Shown piece after piece: positions 38,702 to 49,070 of a stretch of 64,000 nucleotides of DNA. The notes below the pieces were generated by a model, which saw only the letters and a list, made by a program, of their open reading frames with translations, did not search any database and had not been told where the DNA came from. Position 1 is the stretch's first letter. Each line of letters opens with the position of its first letter. The position numbers were made by a program, and so were the translations under genes. Source of the stretch: Candidatus Omnitrophota bacterium (lineage in GTDB: Bacteria; Omnitrophota; Gorgyraeia; S143-82); NCBI GenBank assembly GCA_015494465.1, contig WGBD01000006.1:10431-74430 (forward strand), in the 5' to 3' direction.

Positions 38702-39500
38702 CTACCTTTATCCCCAACCTATCCGCGGATCTGACGACCCGCTCCTTATCCAGGATTATCGTTTTGCCCGCCTCTACTGCAAGGACGCTTGCCCGGGCAA
38801 GGGCCATCACCTTGATAGTTCTCATGCCCACGACCGGCACATCAAACCGCAAATCCTGCCTGGGTTTGCTCATCTTCACCACCACCGCCCCCGGCACGAG
38901 CAACCCTGCCCTCATGATACAGCGGTTCGTCCCCTCAAAGGCCTCCACTGCAAGTACCGTTCGGTTCTTGACCACCACCGTCTGGCCTATGTCCAGATCC
39001 CCCATACGCTGGGCTATATCCCGGCCGAAGTACACATCCTGCCACTGTTCGTCCTCGGGAGCAGAACGGGTGAGCGTTCCCACCCGAGCCATGTAGGCGT
39101 CCATAAAGCTGGTAGAGGGAATGAACTCCACCCCCTCCTGTTCTATCCGCTGTATCACCGCCGTGAACACCGTATCAGCTCTGCGGTCCTTGATCTTCTC
39201 CAGAAGGGTCTTTATCTCCAGGTCGAGGAACATGCGCGGGTCAAATATGCTAAAGGGGTTTATCTGTCCCGCCATCACCATCTTTCTAACCCCTGATCCC
39301 CGTATCGCCTCGAGGAGAGAGCTAAAATCGTATACATTAAACCAGAAAATCCTATCCACGAACCTGCGGATCTTCGGAGAGGTGTTACCCTTGATAGCAA
39401 AGCATACTACTTCCACACCCTTGCTCTTGGCGGATTGGGCCCAAAGGATCGGGAACCTCCCACTGCCCGCTATCAATCCTATGCGGTCCTTCCCCGACAT
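38664..39500 (-). CDS. lpxI: UDP-2,3-diacylglucosamine pyrophosphatase LpxI (DUF1009)
   Basis: 278 aa. N-terminal [12 protein letters not shown], typical of LpxI/DUF1009. Sits at the end of the lpxD-lpxC/fabZ-lpxA cluster. Confidence 0.7.
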   Translation of the reverse strand: MSGKDRIGLIAGSGRFPILWAQSAKSKGVEVVCFAIKGNTSPKIRRFVDRIFWFNVYDFSSLLEAIRGSGVRKMVMAGQINPFSIFDPRMFLDLEIKTLLEKIKDRRADTVFTAVIQRIEQEGVEFIPSTSFMDAYMARVGTLTRSAPEDEQWQDVYFGRDIAQRMGDLDIGQTVVVKNRTVLAVEAFEGTNRCIMRAGLLVPGAVVVKMSKPRQDLRFDVPVVGMRTIKVMALARASVLAVEAGKTIILDKERVVRSADRLGIKVVAVQGAQGETGR

Positions 39501-40267
39501 ACCCCTCTCCGGGACTCTAACACGAAGGAGACGATCTTCTCCGCGTAAGGATTTCCGGGAAAGCTCTTTTTCACTATCTCGATCCCCTCGCTCCGACTGT
39601 GGCCGGAGAAAAAGAGAATGGAGTAGATCTTCCTTATTACCTCTATGTCCTGGCTAGAGAAGCCGGCCCGCTTAAGCCCTACCCGATTTATAGAATATAT
39701 CCTAGCGGGATGGCCGTCTGCCATTGCGTAGGGAGGGACATCCTGGACCACCTTGGAACAACCGCCGAGTATGGCGTAATCGCCTACCTTCACGAACTGG
39801 TGGATCGCGGTAAGCCCTCCTATAACTACCCTATCTCCGATCTCCACATGACCGGCCAATGTTCCGACATTTGCGATTATACAGTTGTTCCCTATCCGGC
39901 AGTCGTGGGCCACATGGACATAGGCCATCAAGAGATTGTTATTCCCTATAACCGTTTTACCGGTAGCGGATGTACCAGGATTTATCATGGCAAACTCACG
40001 GATGACATTGTTTTTACCTATGTAAAGGTAGGTCTCTTCGCCAGAATACTTGAGATCCTGTGGGGGGGTACCCAACACCGAATGGCTGAATATCCGCGTA
40101 CCCTCCTCTACGACGGTATTCCCGCAGATGTGGACATGAGGCCCCACCTCGACCCTGTCTCCCAAGGTAACCCCATCCTCTACGACCGCGTAAGGCCCTA
40201 TGGATACATCTATTCCGATCTTAGCCCTTGGGGAGACGACTGCTGTGGGATGTATCCGAACTCCCAT
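39479..40267 (-). CDS. lpxA: acyl-ACP:UDP-GlcNAc O-acyltransferase
   Basis: 262 aa of hexapeptide (left-handed beta-helix) repeats with the LpxA-type C-terminal helical domain; located in the lipid A cluster. Confidence 0.88.
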   Translation of the reverse strand: MGVRIHPTAVVSPRAKIGIDVSIGPYAVVEDGVTLGDRVEVGPHVHICGNTVVEEGTRIFSHSVLGTPPQDLKYSGEETYLYIGKNNVIREFAMINPGTSATGKTVIGNNNLLMAYVHVAHDCRIGNNCIIANVGTLAGHVEIGDRVVIGGLTAIHQFVKVGDYAILGGCSKVVQDVPPYAMADGHPARIYSINRVGLKRAGFSSQDIEVIRKIYSILFFSGHSRSEGIEIVKKSFPGNPYAEKIVSFVLESRRGVCRGRTA

Positions 40268-41586
40268 CAGTCAACTATGGCAAACATCAACTCCGCCTCA
40301 GCAACCACCTTATCTTCCACCCGAGCGATGCCCTGCAGCTGGCCGGTTCGGGACCTCACCCTCAACACCTCGGTCTCTATCTCCAGAACATCGCCGGGAA
40401 GGACCGGCTTGCGGAACTTCACATTGTTTATACCCATGAAGTAGGCAATCTTGCCCTTGTGCTTGGGATCGGAGAGCATCAACACCCCTCCCACCTGGGC
40501 CATCGCCTCTATTATCAACACGCCGGGCATAACCGGGCGCCCTGGAAAGTGCCCGACGAAGAAGTACTCGTTCATAGTAACGCTCTTGACGCCGATCGCC
40601 TTCTTGCCTTCCTCCATGTATATTATCCTGTCTACCAACAAGAAGGGATACCTATGGGGCAGGATCTTCATTATGTCGGTCACCTCTAGGACATCCTGTC
40701 CCCGGGGATCGAATTCGGATATGGCCCTCAAGGCAGCCTGCTCCGCACGCTCCTTCTGCCTGTACAGCTTCTCTACGAGCTGTATGTTCACATAGTGTCC
40801 GCTCTTGATAGCGACGATGTGGGCCTTAAGCCCGCAACCCAAGAGAGAAAGATCCCCTAGTAGGTCCAGTATCTTGTGTCTGACGAACTCGTCCTCAAAC
40901 CTCAGCGTGTTCTCCTTTACCCCAGTCTCGCATATCACTAATGTATTGCTATAATCCGCACCCTTGCCAAGGCCTATCTTGCGCAGTTCCTCCGCTTCCC
41001 GCTCCAGACAGAAGGTGCGCCCCAAAGCCACCTGCTCTACGAATGTCTCTGGCGTTATCTCCAAGCTCATGTACTGGGTGCCGAGGTAGGTATCGGGATA
41101 GGAAAGCGTATAAGAGACCTTGAGACCATTGTAGGGCAAGGCGACGATGGTGATCCCGCTACCACTGTCCACATAAACCGGATCTCGAACAGCAAATTCC
41201 TGCTTCTTTGCGGACTGCTCCTCTATCCCCGCAGACTGGATCAGCTCAACGAACGGATAGGTACTGCCGTCCAGGCCTGGAACTTCCATCCCATCCAGCT
41301 CCACATAGGCATTGTCGATTCCCAGCCCGTAAAAGGCAGACATGAGGTGCTCTATAGTGTGGACCTCCACGCCGTCTCGAGCGATAGCGGTGCGCCTAGG
41401 TGCCCTCTGATAATTCAAGACATGATCTATTCTCGCAGGGATCTTGAGAGAGGGGTTGACATCTACCCTTATAAAGTTTATTCCCTCGTTCTCAGGGGCC
41501 GGCTTTATGGTCAAGCGGACCTTCTCTCCGGAATGCAGTCCAACCCCTTCTATACTTACTGGTTTGGCTACGGTCTTTTGATTCAT
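40267..41586 (-). CDS. bifunctional UDP-3-O-acyl-GlcNAc deacetylase LpxC / 3-hydroxyacyl-ACP dehydratase FabZ
   Basis: 439 aa. N-terminal LpxC (KQKTVAKPVSIEGVGLHSGEKV..., HTIEHLMSA), C-terminal hot-dog FabZ (LPHRYPFLLVDRI, VMPGVLIIEAMAQ). Confidence 0.88.
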   Translation of the reverse strand: MNQKTVAKPVSIEGVGLHSGEKVRLTIKPAPENEGINFIRVDVNPSLKIPARIDHVLNYQRAPRRTAIARDGVEVHTIEHLMSAFYGLGIDNAYVELDGMEVPGLDGSTYPFVELIQSAGIEEQSAKKQEFAVRDPVYVDSGSGITIVALPYNGLKVSYTLSYPDTYLGTQYMSLEITPETFVEQVALGRTFCLEREAEELRKIGLGKGADYSNTLVICETGVKENTLRFEDEFVRHKILDLLGDLSLLGCGLKAHIVAIKSGHYVNIQLVEKLYRQKERAEQAALRAISEFDPRGQDVLEVTDIMKILPHRYPFLLVDRIIYMEEGKKAIGVKSVTMNEYFFVGHFPGRPVMPGVLIIEAMAQVGGVLMLSDPKHKGKIAYFMGINNVKFRKPVLPGDVLEIETEVLRVRSRTGQLQGIARVEDKVVAEAELMFAIVD

Positions 41587-41608
41587 ACCTCAGATCTCCG
41601 TTGCTTAA

Positions 41609-42703
41609 TTACTTCGAATGCGCCTTCTGAGTGAGCTCTTTAATCTGCTCTTCCAGCTGTTGCACCCGCTTCATGAGCTTTTCCACGGTCTTTTTGATGT
41701 CAGGCAGGGATGGTATAGAGGCTATTATTCTCTTGGCCAGGCTTATCGGCCGGGCAGGAGAACCCAGGACCACCGAACCCGGCGGAACCGACTTGGTCAC
41801 CCCTGACTGGGCCCCAACTATGGCACCGTCCCCTATGGAGATGTGGCCCACCACACCGGTCTGTCCTGCCAAGATCACGCCATTGCCTATCACCGTACTC
41901 CCCGATATACCAGTCTGGGCCACGATGATGGCGTTCTCACCGATAATAACATTGTGGGCTATCTGGACCAGGTTATCGATCTTGGTCCCCTTACCGATAA
42001 GGGTCTTATCAAACCGGGCCCGATCTATAGTGACATTCGCCCCTATCTCCACATCGTCCTCTATCACCACCGTCCCTATCTGGGGTATCCTATGGTGCAC
42101 CCCTTTCACCGTCGCGAACCCAAAACCATCGCTCCCGATGACCGTCCCGCTGTGGATAATGACCCGGTTGCCTATCGTTATCCTTTCCCTTATCGAGACA
42201 TTCGGATAAATAAGGCATCCCGAACCGATCTTCGTATCGTGGCCTATGTAGGTACCTGCGTAGATAATGGTATCGTCCCCTATCTCGACATTCTTTTCTA
42301 TAACCACATAGGCCCCTATGGCCACATTCTTGCCCAACTTCACATTTTCCCCAATGATAGCGGTTGGGTGTATTCCCTTGGGATGATCCACCTCTTGAGG
42401 GAACCAGTGCTCCACCAATCTAGCAAAAGCCAAGGACGGGTTATCGGTCAGTATAAGCGTCTTGTCCGTCTCGGGCAGTTTCATACTGGGGGAGGTGATT
42501 ATCACCGATGCCTTGGTGGTCTCCAGAAGATGGGCGTACTTTTCGTTGGCCAGGAAGGTGACATCGCCCTCGACTGCCTCTTTGATCCCCGATATCCCGC
42601 TAACCTCGACCTCGGGATCTCCCACGACCTTGCCGGAGACGATCTCTGCTATCTCCTTGGCCTTTATCCTCCTGGGTAAGACTTCACTACCCACCATAGT
42701 CAA
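41609..42703 (-). CDS. lpxD: UDP-3-O-acylglucosamine N-acyltransferase
   Basis: 364 aa. N-terminal LpxD domain followed by a long hexapeptide-repeat beta-helix. Confidence 0.88.
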   Translation of the reverse strand: MTMVGSEVLPRRIKAKEIAEIVSGKVVGDPEVEVSGISGIKEAVEGDVTFLANEKYAHLLETTKASVIITSPSMKLPETDKTLILTDNPSLAFARLVEHWFPQEVDHPKGIHPTAIIGENVKLGKNVAIGAYVVIEKNVEIGDDTIIYAGTYIGHDTKIGSGCLIYPNVSIRERITIGNRVIIHSGTVIGSDGFGFATVKGVHHRIPQIGTVVIEDDVEIGANVTIDRARFDKTLIGKGTKIDNLVQIAHNVIIGENAIIVAQTGISGSTVIGNGVILAGQTGVVGHISIGDGAIVGAQSGVTKSVPPGSVVLGSPARPISLAKRIIASIPSLPDIKKTVEKLMKRVQQLEEQIKELTQKAHSK

Positions 42704-42721
42704 TTCCTTTACTAGGTCGTC

Positions 42722-43231
42722 CTACTTCTTGTTCTTGGAATACCTTTCGTTCAGTATCTTTATGATGTCCTCGGTCACATCGTACCCTTCTCCGGCGTAC
42801 AAAAGCATGTCCCCGTTCAGTATTATGTCAAAGGAGTGCTCCTTGGCGTATTCATTTATCACCGCCTTTACATCCGAGAGGATGTCCTTCATAAACTTCT
42901 GCCGTTGGCGATCTATGTTCTGCATCGCCTCCAACTGGGCTGACCTCAGCTCTCTCTCTTTCTGCCGATACTCCTCTATCTTCTTGGCCCTCTCCTTTTC
43001 TCCTACCACTTCCAAAGAGGCCTTTATCTTGTCCATCTCTGCCTTCAGATCCCTGAGTTTTTTCTGTACCTCGTTGCGCTTTTCCATCAGTTGTTGATCG
43101 TACTCTATGGTCTTCTTATAAGAATCGAATGCCTTCCGCAAGTACACCACTCCTATCTTAAGTTCGCCTGCGAAGGACGGAAAGGTTGAGGTAAAGCACA
43201 CCACCAACAAACTCATTAAGACCTTCTTCAT
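42722..43231 (-). CDS. skp: periplasmic chaperone Skp/OmpH
   Basis: 169 aa. Signal peptide, then a highly charged coiled-coil region; positioned between bamA and lpxD as in many diderms. Confidence 0.8.
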   Translation of the reverse strand: MKKVLMSLLVVCFTSTFPSFAGELKIGVVYLRKAFDSYKKTIEYDQQLMEKRNEVQKKLRDLKAEMDKIKASLEVVGEKERAKKIEEYRQKERELRSAQLEAMQNIDRQRQKFMKDILSDVKAVINEYAKEHSFDIILNGDMLLYAGEGYDVTEDIIKILNERYSKNKK

Positions 43232-43287
43232 AAGCTGCCTCCTTATTTAAATCTTGATTTTACCACAAGGCCCCTCGTTTTCCCAGC

Positions 43288-45621
43288 CTAAAAACCCCGG
43301 GAGACGCTGAAGTGGACATGCCCCTCCTTTTTATCCGTACCCGGCTCAGTCTTGAGGGGGTAGCCGTAGTCCAACTTCATAGGGCCGAAAGGCGTCTTCA
43401 CCCTGATCCCAACGCCAACGCTGTAGTACAGATCGCCTGAAAGAAAGTCGTCACACTCTGCCCAGACATTTCCGAAGTCAAAGAAGGTAGCTAGCTTCAG
43501 ATACTCCATCAACGGGATGGTGTACTCTATGTTCCCTACCAGCAAGGATTCCCCACCGACTGGATCTCCGGTATTGGGATCCAGAGGTGACACCTTCCTC
43601 TCCCTGTAGCCCCTTATGGTGTAGGCACCGCCGGCAAAGAACCTCTCGTATATCGGCACCCAATCGGAATCATCGTAATTGTCTTCCAGTCCTACCCTCA
43701 ACCTAAAGGAAAGCACATTATCCTCGCCTATAAACGGCATATAATATCTGGCATCCATAAAGAAACGATAAAAGTCCTTATCACCGGAAAGGATCCCTCC
43801 TGCCAGATCGGTAGACAGGCTCAAGTAGTACCCGCTGTGGGGAGAGAATATGTTGTCCCGATGGTCGTCCGTCCACTTCAGACCCAACATGCGCAGATCG
43901 TTCGAGCCCTCTTCCCTCTTCAACTCTTCACTAGCGGAATCGGATATGTCGGTGATGTCCACCGTCTCTATCTTCAGATTGCCGTCTATACGGGTATATT
44001 CCCCTAAGGCCTTGCCCAAACGCAGGTTCACACCTTTGCGCTCTTCGTCGTAACTGTACCCTACATCCGTCTCCCTATCGTGGCTCCTGCGATACAGGTC
44101 AAAACCCGCAGATATCGGCCTGTCAAACAGCCACGGCTCGGTAAAACTCAACCAATAATCCTCCACATCCGAGCCCTTCTCGTACATTACCGAAAGTTTC
44201 TGCCCCCCTCCGGTAAACCTGGGCCAGTTGGTGATGTCGAAGTTGTTCTGGGATATCCGAATAAACCCGACGAACTTATCCACCGTGCTGTATCCGGCCC
44301 CAAAGGAGAACTCTCCCGTTTCCTTCTCCTTCACCCTCACGATAAGGTCCTTTTTCTGGGGATCGTCAGTATCCTTTATGTCGTAATCCACCTTTTCGAA
44401 GTATCCCAGATTCATCAGGCGCTGGAGACTCCGGCGGAGTTTTGCCCCGTTGAAGACATCACCGGGATAGATACGCAGTTCTCGCCGGATCACCTTGTCC
44501 TTCGTCTTCACATTGCCCTTTATTACTATCCTGCGCACATAGACTACAGAGCCTTCTTTCACCTCAAAGGTCAGATCTACCGTCCCCCGGGAAGGATCTA
44601 CCGAAGGCAAGGGAATAACCTTGGTATATATGTATCCATCTTCAAAGTACCTGTCCTGGATCCTGCTGGCATCCCGCTCGGTCTTGTAGGGATCAAAGGG
44701 CTCACCCACCTTCGTTTTGACCTTGCTCAAGAGCTCCTCTTTGCCTATCTTGGTATTACCGACTACATCTATTGAAGAAACCACATACTGCCTTCCCTCT
44801 TTAATAAAGATCTCCAAGATCTTGTCTCCCGGCCGTCTCGCAGGCAGGAGATCGTAATTCACTTCGACATCCAGATAACCGTGAGATATGTAAAAGTCCC
44901 TTATCCTCTCCATGTCCTCTTTTAATCTCTCTTCGGAAACCGCTCCAGAATTCCACAAAGAGGCCTTCTTGGTCTCGAGTAACTTTATAATATGCCCAGG
45001 CTTAAAGGCGTGTGCCCCTTTTACCACTATCTTCACGATCCTCTCCCTGGTGCCCTCGTTTATCTTTATCACCAGATCGCTCTCTTTCCTTCCAGGTAGG
45101 GGAAGGAGTTCGTAGGTAACTTTGACATCATTGTAACCCTTTGCCCGATACAGCTCTTCTATAGCGGTAATAGAATCCTTGAGCTTTCTCTCGTCAAAAA
45201 ACTCCCCTGGCTTCAACAGAATCTGTTCCAAGATCTTCTTACGAGGGATCCGTTTATTACCGCGCACTATTATCTTTCTAATCGCGGTCCTTTCTTTCAC
45301 CTTCACTACCAGCTTGACCCCACCGTCGACCTCCACCGGATCTATCTCCACATCAGAAAAGAATCCGGTGGCAAAGAGCGACTTTATGTCCTGGGATACA
45401 TACGCCGGATTGTAGACCTCGCCTACCCTGCTCTTCATCCGGTTGAGGATGGAAGTGTCGCTTATGGTCTCGTTACCCACGATCTCAATAGACTTGATGA
45501 TCTTGTTCTCCTCAGCGAAGAGATACATAGGTAAGACGGCCAAGGTCAAGGCACAAAAAAATAGAAAGATCTTGGGCGTTAGATGTAGTCTAGCCATAAT
45601 ACCCCCCTCTCGCTCATACAC
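43288..45621 (-). CDS. bamA: outer membrane protein assembly factor BamA
   Basis: 777 aa. Signal peptide, multiple POTRA repeats, C-terminal Omp85 beta-barrel with a terminal aromatic residue (F). Confidence 0.9.
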   Translation of the reverse strand: MYEREGGIMARLHLTPKIFLFFCALTLAVLPMYLFAEENKIIKSIEIVGNETISDTSILNRMKSRVGEVYNPAYVSQDIKSLFATGFFSDVEIDPVEVDGGVKLVVKVKERTAIRKIIVRGNKRIPRKKILEQILLKPGEFFDERKLKDSITAIEELYRAKGYNDVKVTYELLPLPGRKESDLVIKINEGTRERIVKIVVKGAHAFKPGHIIKLLETKKASLWNSGAVSEERLKEDMERIRDFYISHGYLDVEVNYDLLPARRPGDKILEIFIKEGRQYVVSSIDVVGNTKIGKEELLSKVKTKVGEPFDPYKTERDASRIQDRYFEDGYIYTKVIPLPSVDPSRGTVDLTFEVKEGSVVYVRRIVIKGNVKTKDKVIRRELRIYPGDVFNGAKLRRSLQRLMNLGYFEKVDYDIKDTDDPQKKDLIVRVKEKETGEFSFGAGYSTVDKFVGFIRISQNNFDITNWPRFTGGGQKLSVMYEKGSDVEDYWLSFTEPWLFDRPISAGFDLYRRSHDRETDVGYSYDEERKGVNLRLGKALGEYTRIDGNLKIETVDITDISDSASEELKREEGSNDLRMLGLKWTDDHRDNIFSPHSGYYLSLSTDLAGGILSGDKDFYRFFMDARYYMPFIGEDNVLSFRLRVGLEDNYDDSDWVPIYERFFAGGAYTIRGYRERKVSPLDPNTGDPVGGESLLVGNIEYTIPLMEYLKLATFFDFGNVWAECDDFLSGDLYYSVGVGIRVKTPFGPMKLDYGYPLKTEPGTDKKEGHVHFSVSRGF

Positions 45622-46957
45622 TATATTCTACCGCAAGATTCTCAAATCGGGCATATTCTTTTATGAATGCCAACTTTACGGTCCCAGTTGGACCGTTACG
45701 GTGCTTGGCGACTATCAACTCCGCCAGATTCTTGTTGTCCTCACGGGGGTAATAGTACTCCTCACGCATCAGCATTATCACCAGATCCGCATCCTGCTCT
45801 AGGGACCCAGATTCCCTCAAGTCAGACAACCTCGGCCTTTTATCCTCCCTCTTCTCCACCTCCCGGGACAGCTGACTTACCGCTATGACCGGGACATTCA
45901 ACTCCTTGGCCAAAAGTTTTAAAGAACGGGAGATCTGGGATATCTCTTGTTGTCTGCTCTCCACCCTGCCAAACCCCTTCATAATCTGGAGATAATCCAC
46001 GATGATAAGCCCGATGTCGTACCGGTTTTTCATTCTCCTTGCCTTGGCCCGCAACTCCAACACCGAGATCCCACTGCTGTCGTCTATGTACAGCGGCGCT
46101 TCAGACAGTTTTCCCGCTGCCATGGTAAGCTTGGGCCAATCGGAGTGGGAGAGGAACCCGGTCCTGACCTTGTGGGCATCAACCCTTGCCAGAGAGCAGA
46201 CTATCCTCTGGACTATCTGTTCCGAGGACATCTCTATGCTGAAGAAGGCAACCGGTATTTTCTTCTCCACCGCCACATATTCCGCTATGGTGGTCACCAA
46301 AGCGCTCTTCCCCATTGACGGACGCGCTGCTACTATTATCAGATCGCCGGGATGGAGCCCTGAAGTCAACTTATCCAACTCCGTCAATCCGGTGGGTATG
46401 CCGGTGACCGTCTCCTGCCGGCGATAGAGGTCGTCTATGCGGGCGATCACCTGCTTGACTATGTCCCCAACCCGAAAGACCTCCCTACCCCTCTCCTTCT
46501 CCTGGGCGATCTCGAAAATCATCTTCTCAGCCTCGTCCAAGAGGTCCGAGGCGTCCACATCGGTCTGATAGGCCTTTCCCGCTATGACATCTGCCCCCTT
46601 GATGAGTTCCCTCAAGATAAACTTGTCCCTGACGATGTCCGCGTAGTGCTTTACATTGGAGGCAGCGGGGACCACATTGGCGATATCGCTGAGATACTCT
46701 ATCCCCCCTACCGTATCCAATTCGCCCTTGTCCCTGAGGAGGGAACTGACCGTTACCAGATCGATAGGCCTATCCTGTAGGAAGAGCTCCTTTATTGCCG
46801 AGAATATCTTCTGATGGATCGGGGAATAGAAACTGTAGGTGTCCAGTAATTCCAAAGCGATGCTAACCGCTTCGGAATCCAGAAGCATCGCCCCCAATAC
46901 AGCCCTCTCCGCCTCAAGGTCTTGAGGGGGTATCTTCAGTGGGCTGGTAGAACTCAT
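45614..46957 (-). CDS. dnaB: replicative DNA helicase DnaB
   Basis: 447 aa. N-terminal DnaB domain, Walker A RPSMGKSALV, RecA-like C-terminal domain. Confidence 0.92.
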   Translation of the reverse strand: MSSTSPLKIPPQDLEAERAVLGAMLLDSEAVSIALELLDTYSFYSPIHQKIFSAIKELFLQDRPIDLVTVSSLLRDKGELDTVGGIEYLSDIANVVPAASNVKHYADIVRDKFILRELIKGADVIAGKAYQTDVDASDLLDEAEKMIFEIAQEKERGREVFRVGDIVKQVIARIDDLYRRQETVTGIPTGLTELDKLTSGLHPGDLIIVAARPSMGKSALVTTIAEYVAVEKKIPVAFFSIEMSSEQIVQRIVCSLARVDAHKVRTGFLSHSDWPKLTMAAGKLSEAPLYIDDSSGISVLELRAKARRMKNRYDIGLIIVDYLQIMKGFGRVESRQQEISQISRSLKLLAKELNVPVIAVSQLSREVEKREDKRPRLSDLRESGSLEQDADLVIMLMREEYYYPREDNKNLAELIVAKHRNGPTGTVKLAFIKEYARFENLAVEYSV

Positions 46958-47400
46958 TTACGGACAACCCACACCTTTAGAACCGCTTTGACTTCCGGAT
47001 GTAACTGTATCTCTACGTCGTATATGCCGAGTTTCTTTATCGGGGTGGGCAGGACCACCCAGTCCTTGTCTATCTCTATCCCCTCCTGCCTGAGGGCCTC
47101 GGCTATGTGGGCCTCGGTTATACTGCCGTAAAGGGTATCCTCTTCATTGGCATCTGCCACGATGTTGACCGACAGGGATCCTATCTTTTGGGCGAGTTCT
47201 TCGTATCTGGCCTTCTCCCTGGCAAGTTGCTTTTCCCTGCGCCTCTTTTCCTCCTCCCATATCCTCAGATTTTCTTTGGTGGCCAGATAGGCATAGCCCT
47301 TGGGTATGAGGTAATTGCGGGCGTATCCATCCTTGACCTTTACCACATCCCCCGCCTTACCGAGGTTCCTTACATCCCTTCTCAATATCACCTCAGCCAT
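46954..47400 (-). CDS. rplI: 50S ribosomal protein L9
   Basis: 148 aa. MAEVILRRDVRNLGKAGDVVKVKDGYARNYLIP is the canonical L9 N-terminus. Confidence 0.93.
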   Translation of the reverse strand: MAEVILRRDVRNLGKAGDVVKVKDGYARNYLIPKGYAYLATKENLRIWEEEKRRREKQLAREKARYEELAQKIGSLSVNIVADANEEDTLYGSITEAHIAEALRQEGIEIDKDWVVLPTPIKKLGIYDVEIQLHPEVKAVLKVWVVRK

Positions 47401-47415
47401 CGCTATCGCCTCCTC

Positions 47416-47652
47416 TTATCGCCTGACGAAAGGGAGTAGTGCAAGGATCCGGGCGTTCTTTATGGCATTGGCAAGCCTGCGCTGGTGCTTTGCACAGGCG
47501 CCACTGCTCCTGCGGGTAACGATCTTTGCCTTCTCGTTGATGTACCTCTGGAGCAATTCTACATTCTTATAATCTATGACCAACGATGGATCCTTGCAAA
47601 ACGGGCATTCCTTTTTCTTCAAAGGCTTCTTGGCCTTCTTTTTCTTCGCCAT
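47416..47652 (-). CDS. rpsR: 30S ribosomal protein S18
   Basis: 78 aa. CPFCKD...[13 protein letters not shown] and [17 protein letters not shown] match S18. Confidence 0.93.
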   Translation of the reverse strand: MAKKKKAKKPLKKKECPFCKDPSLVIDYKNVELLQRYINEKAKIVTRRSSGACAKHQRRLANAIKNARILALLPFVRR

Positions 47653-47670
47653 ACCGACATCCCTCCTCGT

Positions 47671-48153
47671 TTAAAAAGGCAAATCGCTATCTTCGGTTGG
47701 TCCTGCATCGCTCAGTTCGTCCACCGCATTGACGAAGTCTTCGTCAAAACTCACATCGGAAAAGTCCACTTCTGCAGGCTCGCTCTCGGAGAACTCCTGA
47801 GTGGCCTGAGCTACGGGGCCTCTGGGCGAATCCAGGAAGTGAACCCTGTCTGCCCTGACTTCTACCACACTGCGCCTGGTCCCATCGGGTGCGTCCCAGG
47901 ACCTTGACTGAAGCCTGCCCTCGACCAAGACCCTCCTGCCCTTGGACAGGAACTGCGAGCACAATTCCGCCTGCTTGTTCCACACCACCACATTGACATA
48001 GCAGGTCTCGGTCTTCCTCTCTCCCGCCTTATCCCTGAACTGGGTATTGATCGCCAAACGCATCGTGGCCACCGGCGTCCCTGCAGGGGTATACCTCAAT
48101 TCAGGATTGCGGGTAAGATTGCCTATCAAAAAGACCTTATTAAAAGAGACCAT
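47671..48153 (-). CDS. ssb: single-stranded DNA-binding protein
   Basis: 160 aa. OB-fold N-terminus MVSFNKVFLIGNLTRNPELRYTPAGTPVA, acidic C-terminal tail ending DSDLPF. Confidence 0.93.
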   Translation of the reverse strand: MVSFNKVFLIGNLTRNPELRYTPAGTPVATMRLAINTQFRDKAGERKTETCYVNVVVWNKQAELCSQFLSKGRRVLVEGRLQSRSWDAPDGTRRSVVEVRADRVHFLDSPRGPVAQATQEFSESEPAEVDFSDVSFDEDFVNAVDELSDAGPTEDSDLPF

Positions 48154-48157
48154 GATC

Positions 48158-48502
48158 TCACCTCTTTTTGTCGTCCAACAGGAAAAACACGAACCGCAGT
48201 ATCCTGTCGTTTATCCGGAATGTATCCCTCAAACGATTAACCACTCCCGGGGGCAGTTTTGCCACGACCCTATAGTACATAGCTTCCGACTCGTGGTCTA
48301 TCTCGTAGGCCAGTCTCCTGCGTTTGTCCCATATCTCGTCCTCGAGGATCTCCCCACCGTTGCGGGATATGGTCTCTTTGATCTCCTCCACCACTGCCTC
48401 CGGGCCCACATCCTTGGCCCCGGCAGCGAGGTCCTGCTGACGGACCCTTAGACGGATCAAAAACATACCCTCGTACTTACGCTCCATTTTCACCTCCAGC
48501 AT
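48158..48502 (-). CDS. rpsF: 30S ribosomal protein S6
   Basis: 114 aa. YEGMFLIRL N-terminus; located in the rpsF-ssb-rpsR-rplI operon. Confidence 0.9.
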   Translation of the reverse strand: MLEVKMERKYEGMFLIRLRVRQQDLAAGAKDVGPEAVVEEIKETISRNGGEILEDEIWDKRRRLAYEIDHESEAMYYRVVAKLPPGVVNRLRDTFRINDRILRFVFFLLDDKKR

Positions 48503-49070
48503 GCTTCATCACATAATTCGGATCGTTTACCTCAGACATCAGCTTTTGTGGATCCTCACCCGAGATCCACTTATCTATCGTGGCGAAGGCGGCTGATAAG
48601 TACAGACCCAAATCTGCCTTTTCCTCTTCCGAAAATTCGCTGAGCACATATTCTACCACATCCCCATCCCCAGGTCTACCTATCCCCATCCTGAGCCTCG
48701 GTATCTCCTCCGTCCCCAACGCAGAGATCACTGACTCAAGTCCCCTATGCCCCCCTGAAGATCCCCTCACGCGAAACCGCATCCTCATCCAGGGCAGGTC
48801 CATGTCGTCACAGACCAGCAAGATGTCCTGGGGCTTCACCTCCCGCCTAAAGCCCACGACCGCCTGCCCGGAATTGTTCATGTAGGTAAGGGGCAACAAA
48901 AAGTAAACCTCTCTATCCCTATCTACTGCCAGCGCAGACTTGGAAAAAAACCCCTTCTTCCACTTAAGACCCCGTCTCTTTGCGTATTCCTCCACCGTCA
49001 AAAAGCCGAGGTTGTGTCGGGTATAGCGGTACTTCTCCGGATAGTTCCCCAACCCGACTACCAGTTTCAC
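48477..49070 (-). CDS. pth: peptidyl-tRNA hydrolase
   Basis: 197 aa. MKLVVGLGNYPEKYRYTRHNLGF is the Pth N-terminus with the catalytic His. Confidence 0.92.
   Translation of the reverse strand: MKLVVGLGNYPEKYRYTRHNLGFLTVEEYAKRRGLKWKKGFFSKSALAVDRDREVYFLLPLTYMNNSGQAVVGFRREVKPQDILLVCDDMDLPWMRMRFRVRGSSGGHRGLESVISALGTEEIPRLRMGIGRPGDGDVVEYVLSEFSEEEKADLGLYLSAAFATIDKWISGEDPQKLMSEVNDPNYVMKHAGGENGA

Noticed and set aside
37634-38734. Long plus-strand ORFs (for example 366 aa at 37634-38734, 437 aa at 27129-28442, 404 aa at 53009-54223, 297 aa at 34982-35875, 231 aa at 10093-10788)
   Set aside because: All lie antisense to well-supported minus-strand genes (tyrS, cpaF, glyQ/tpiA, clpC, the giant ORF). 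Their products are R/P/G/H-rich with no domain signal. This is typical of shadow ORFs in GC-rich coding DNA.
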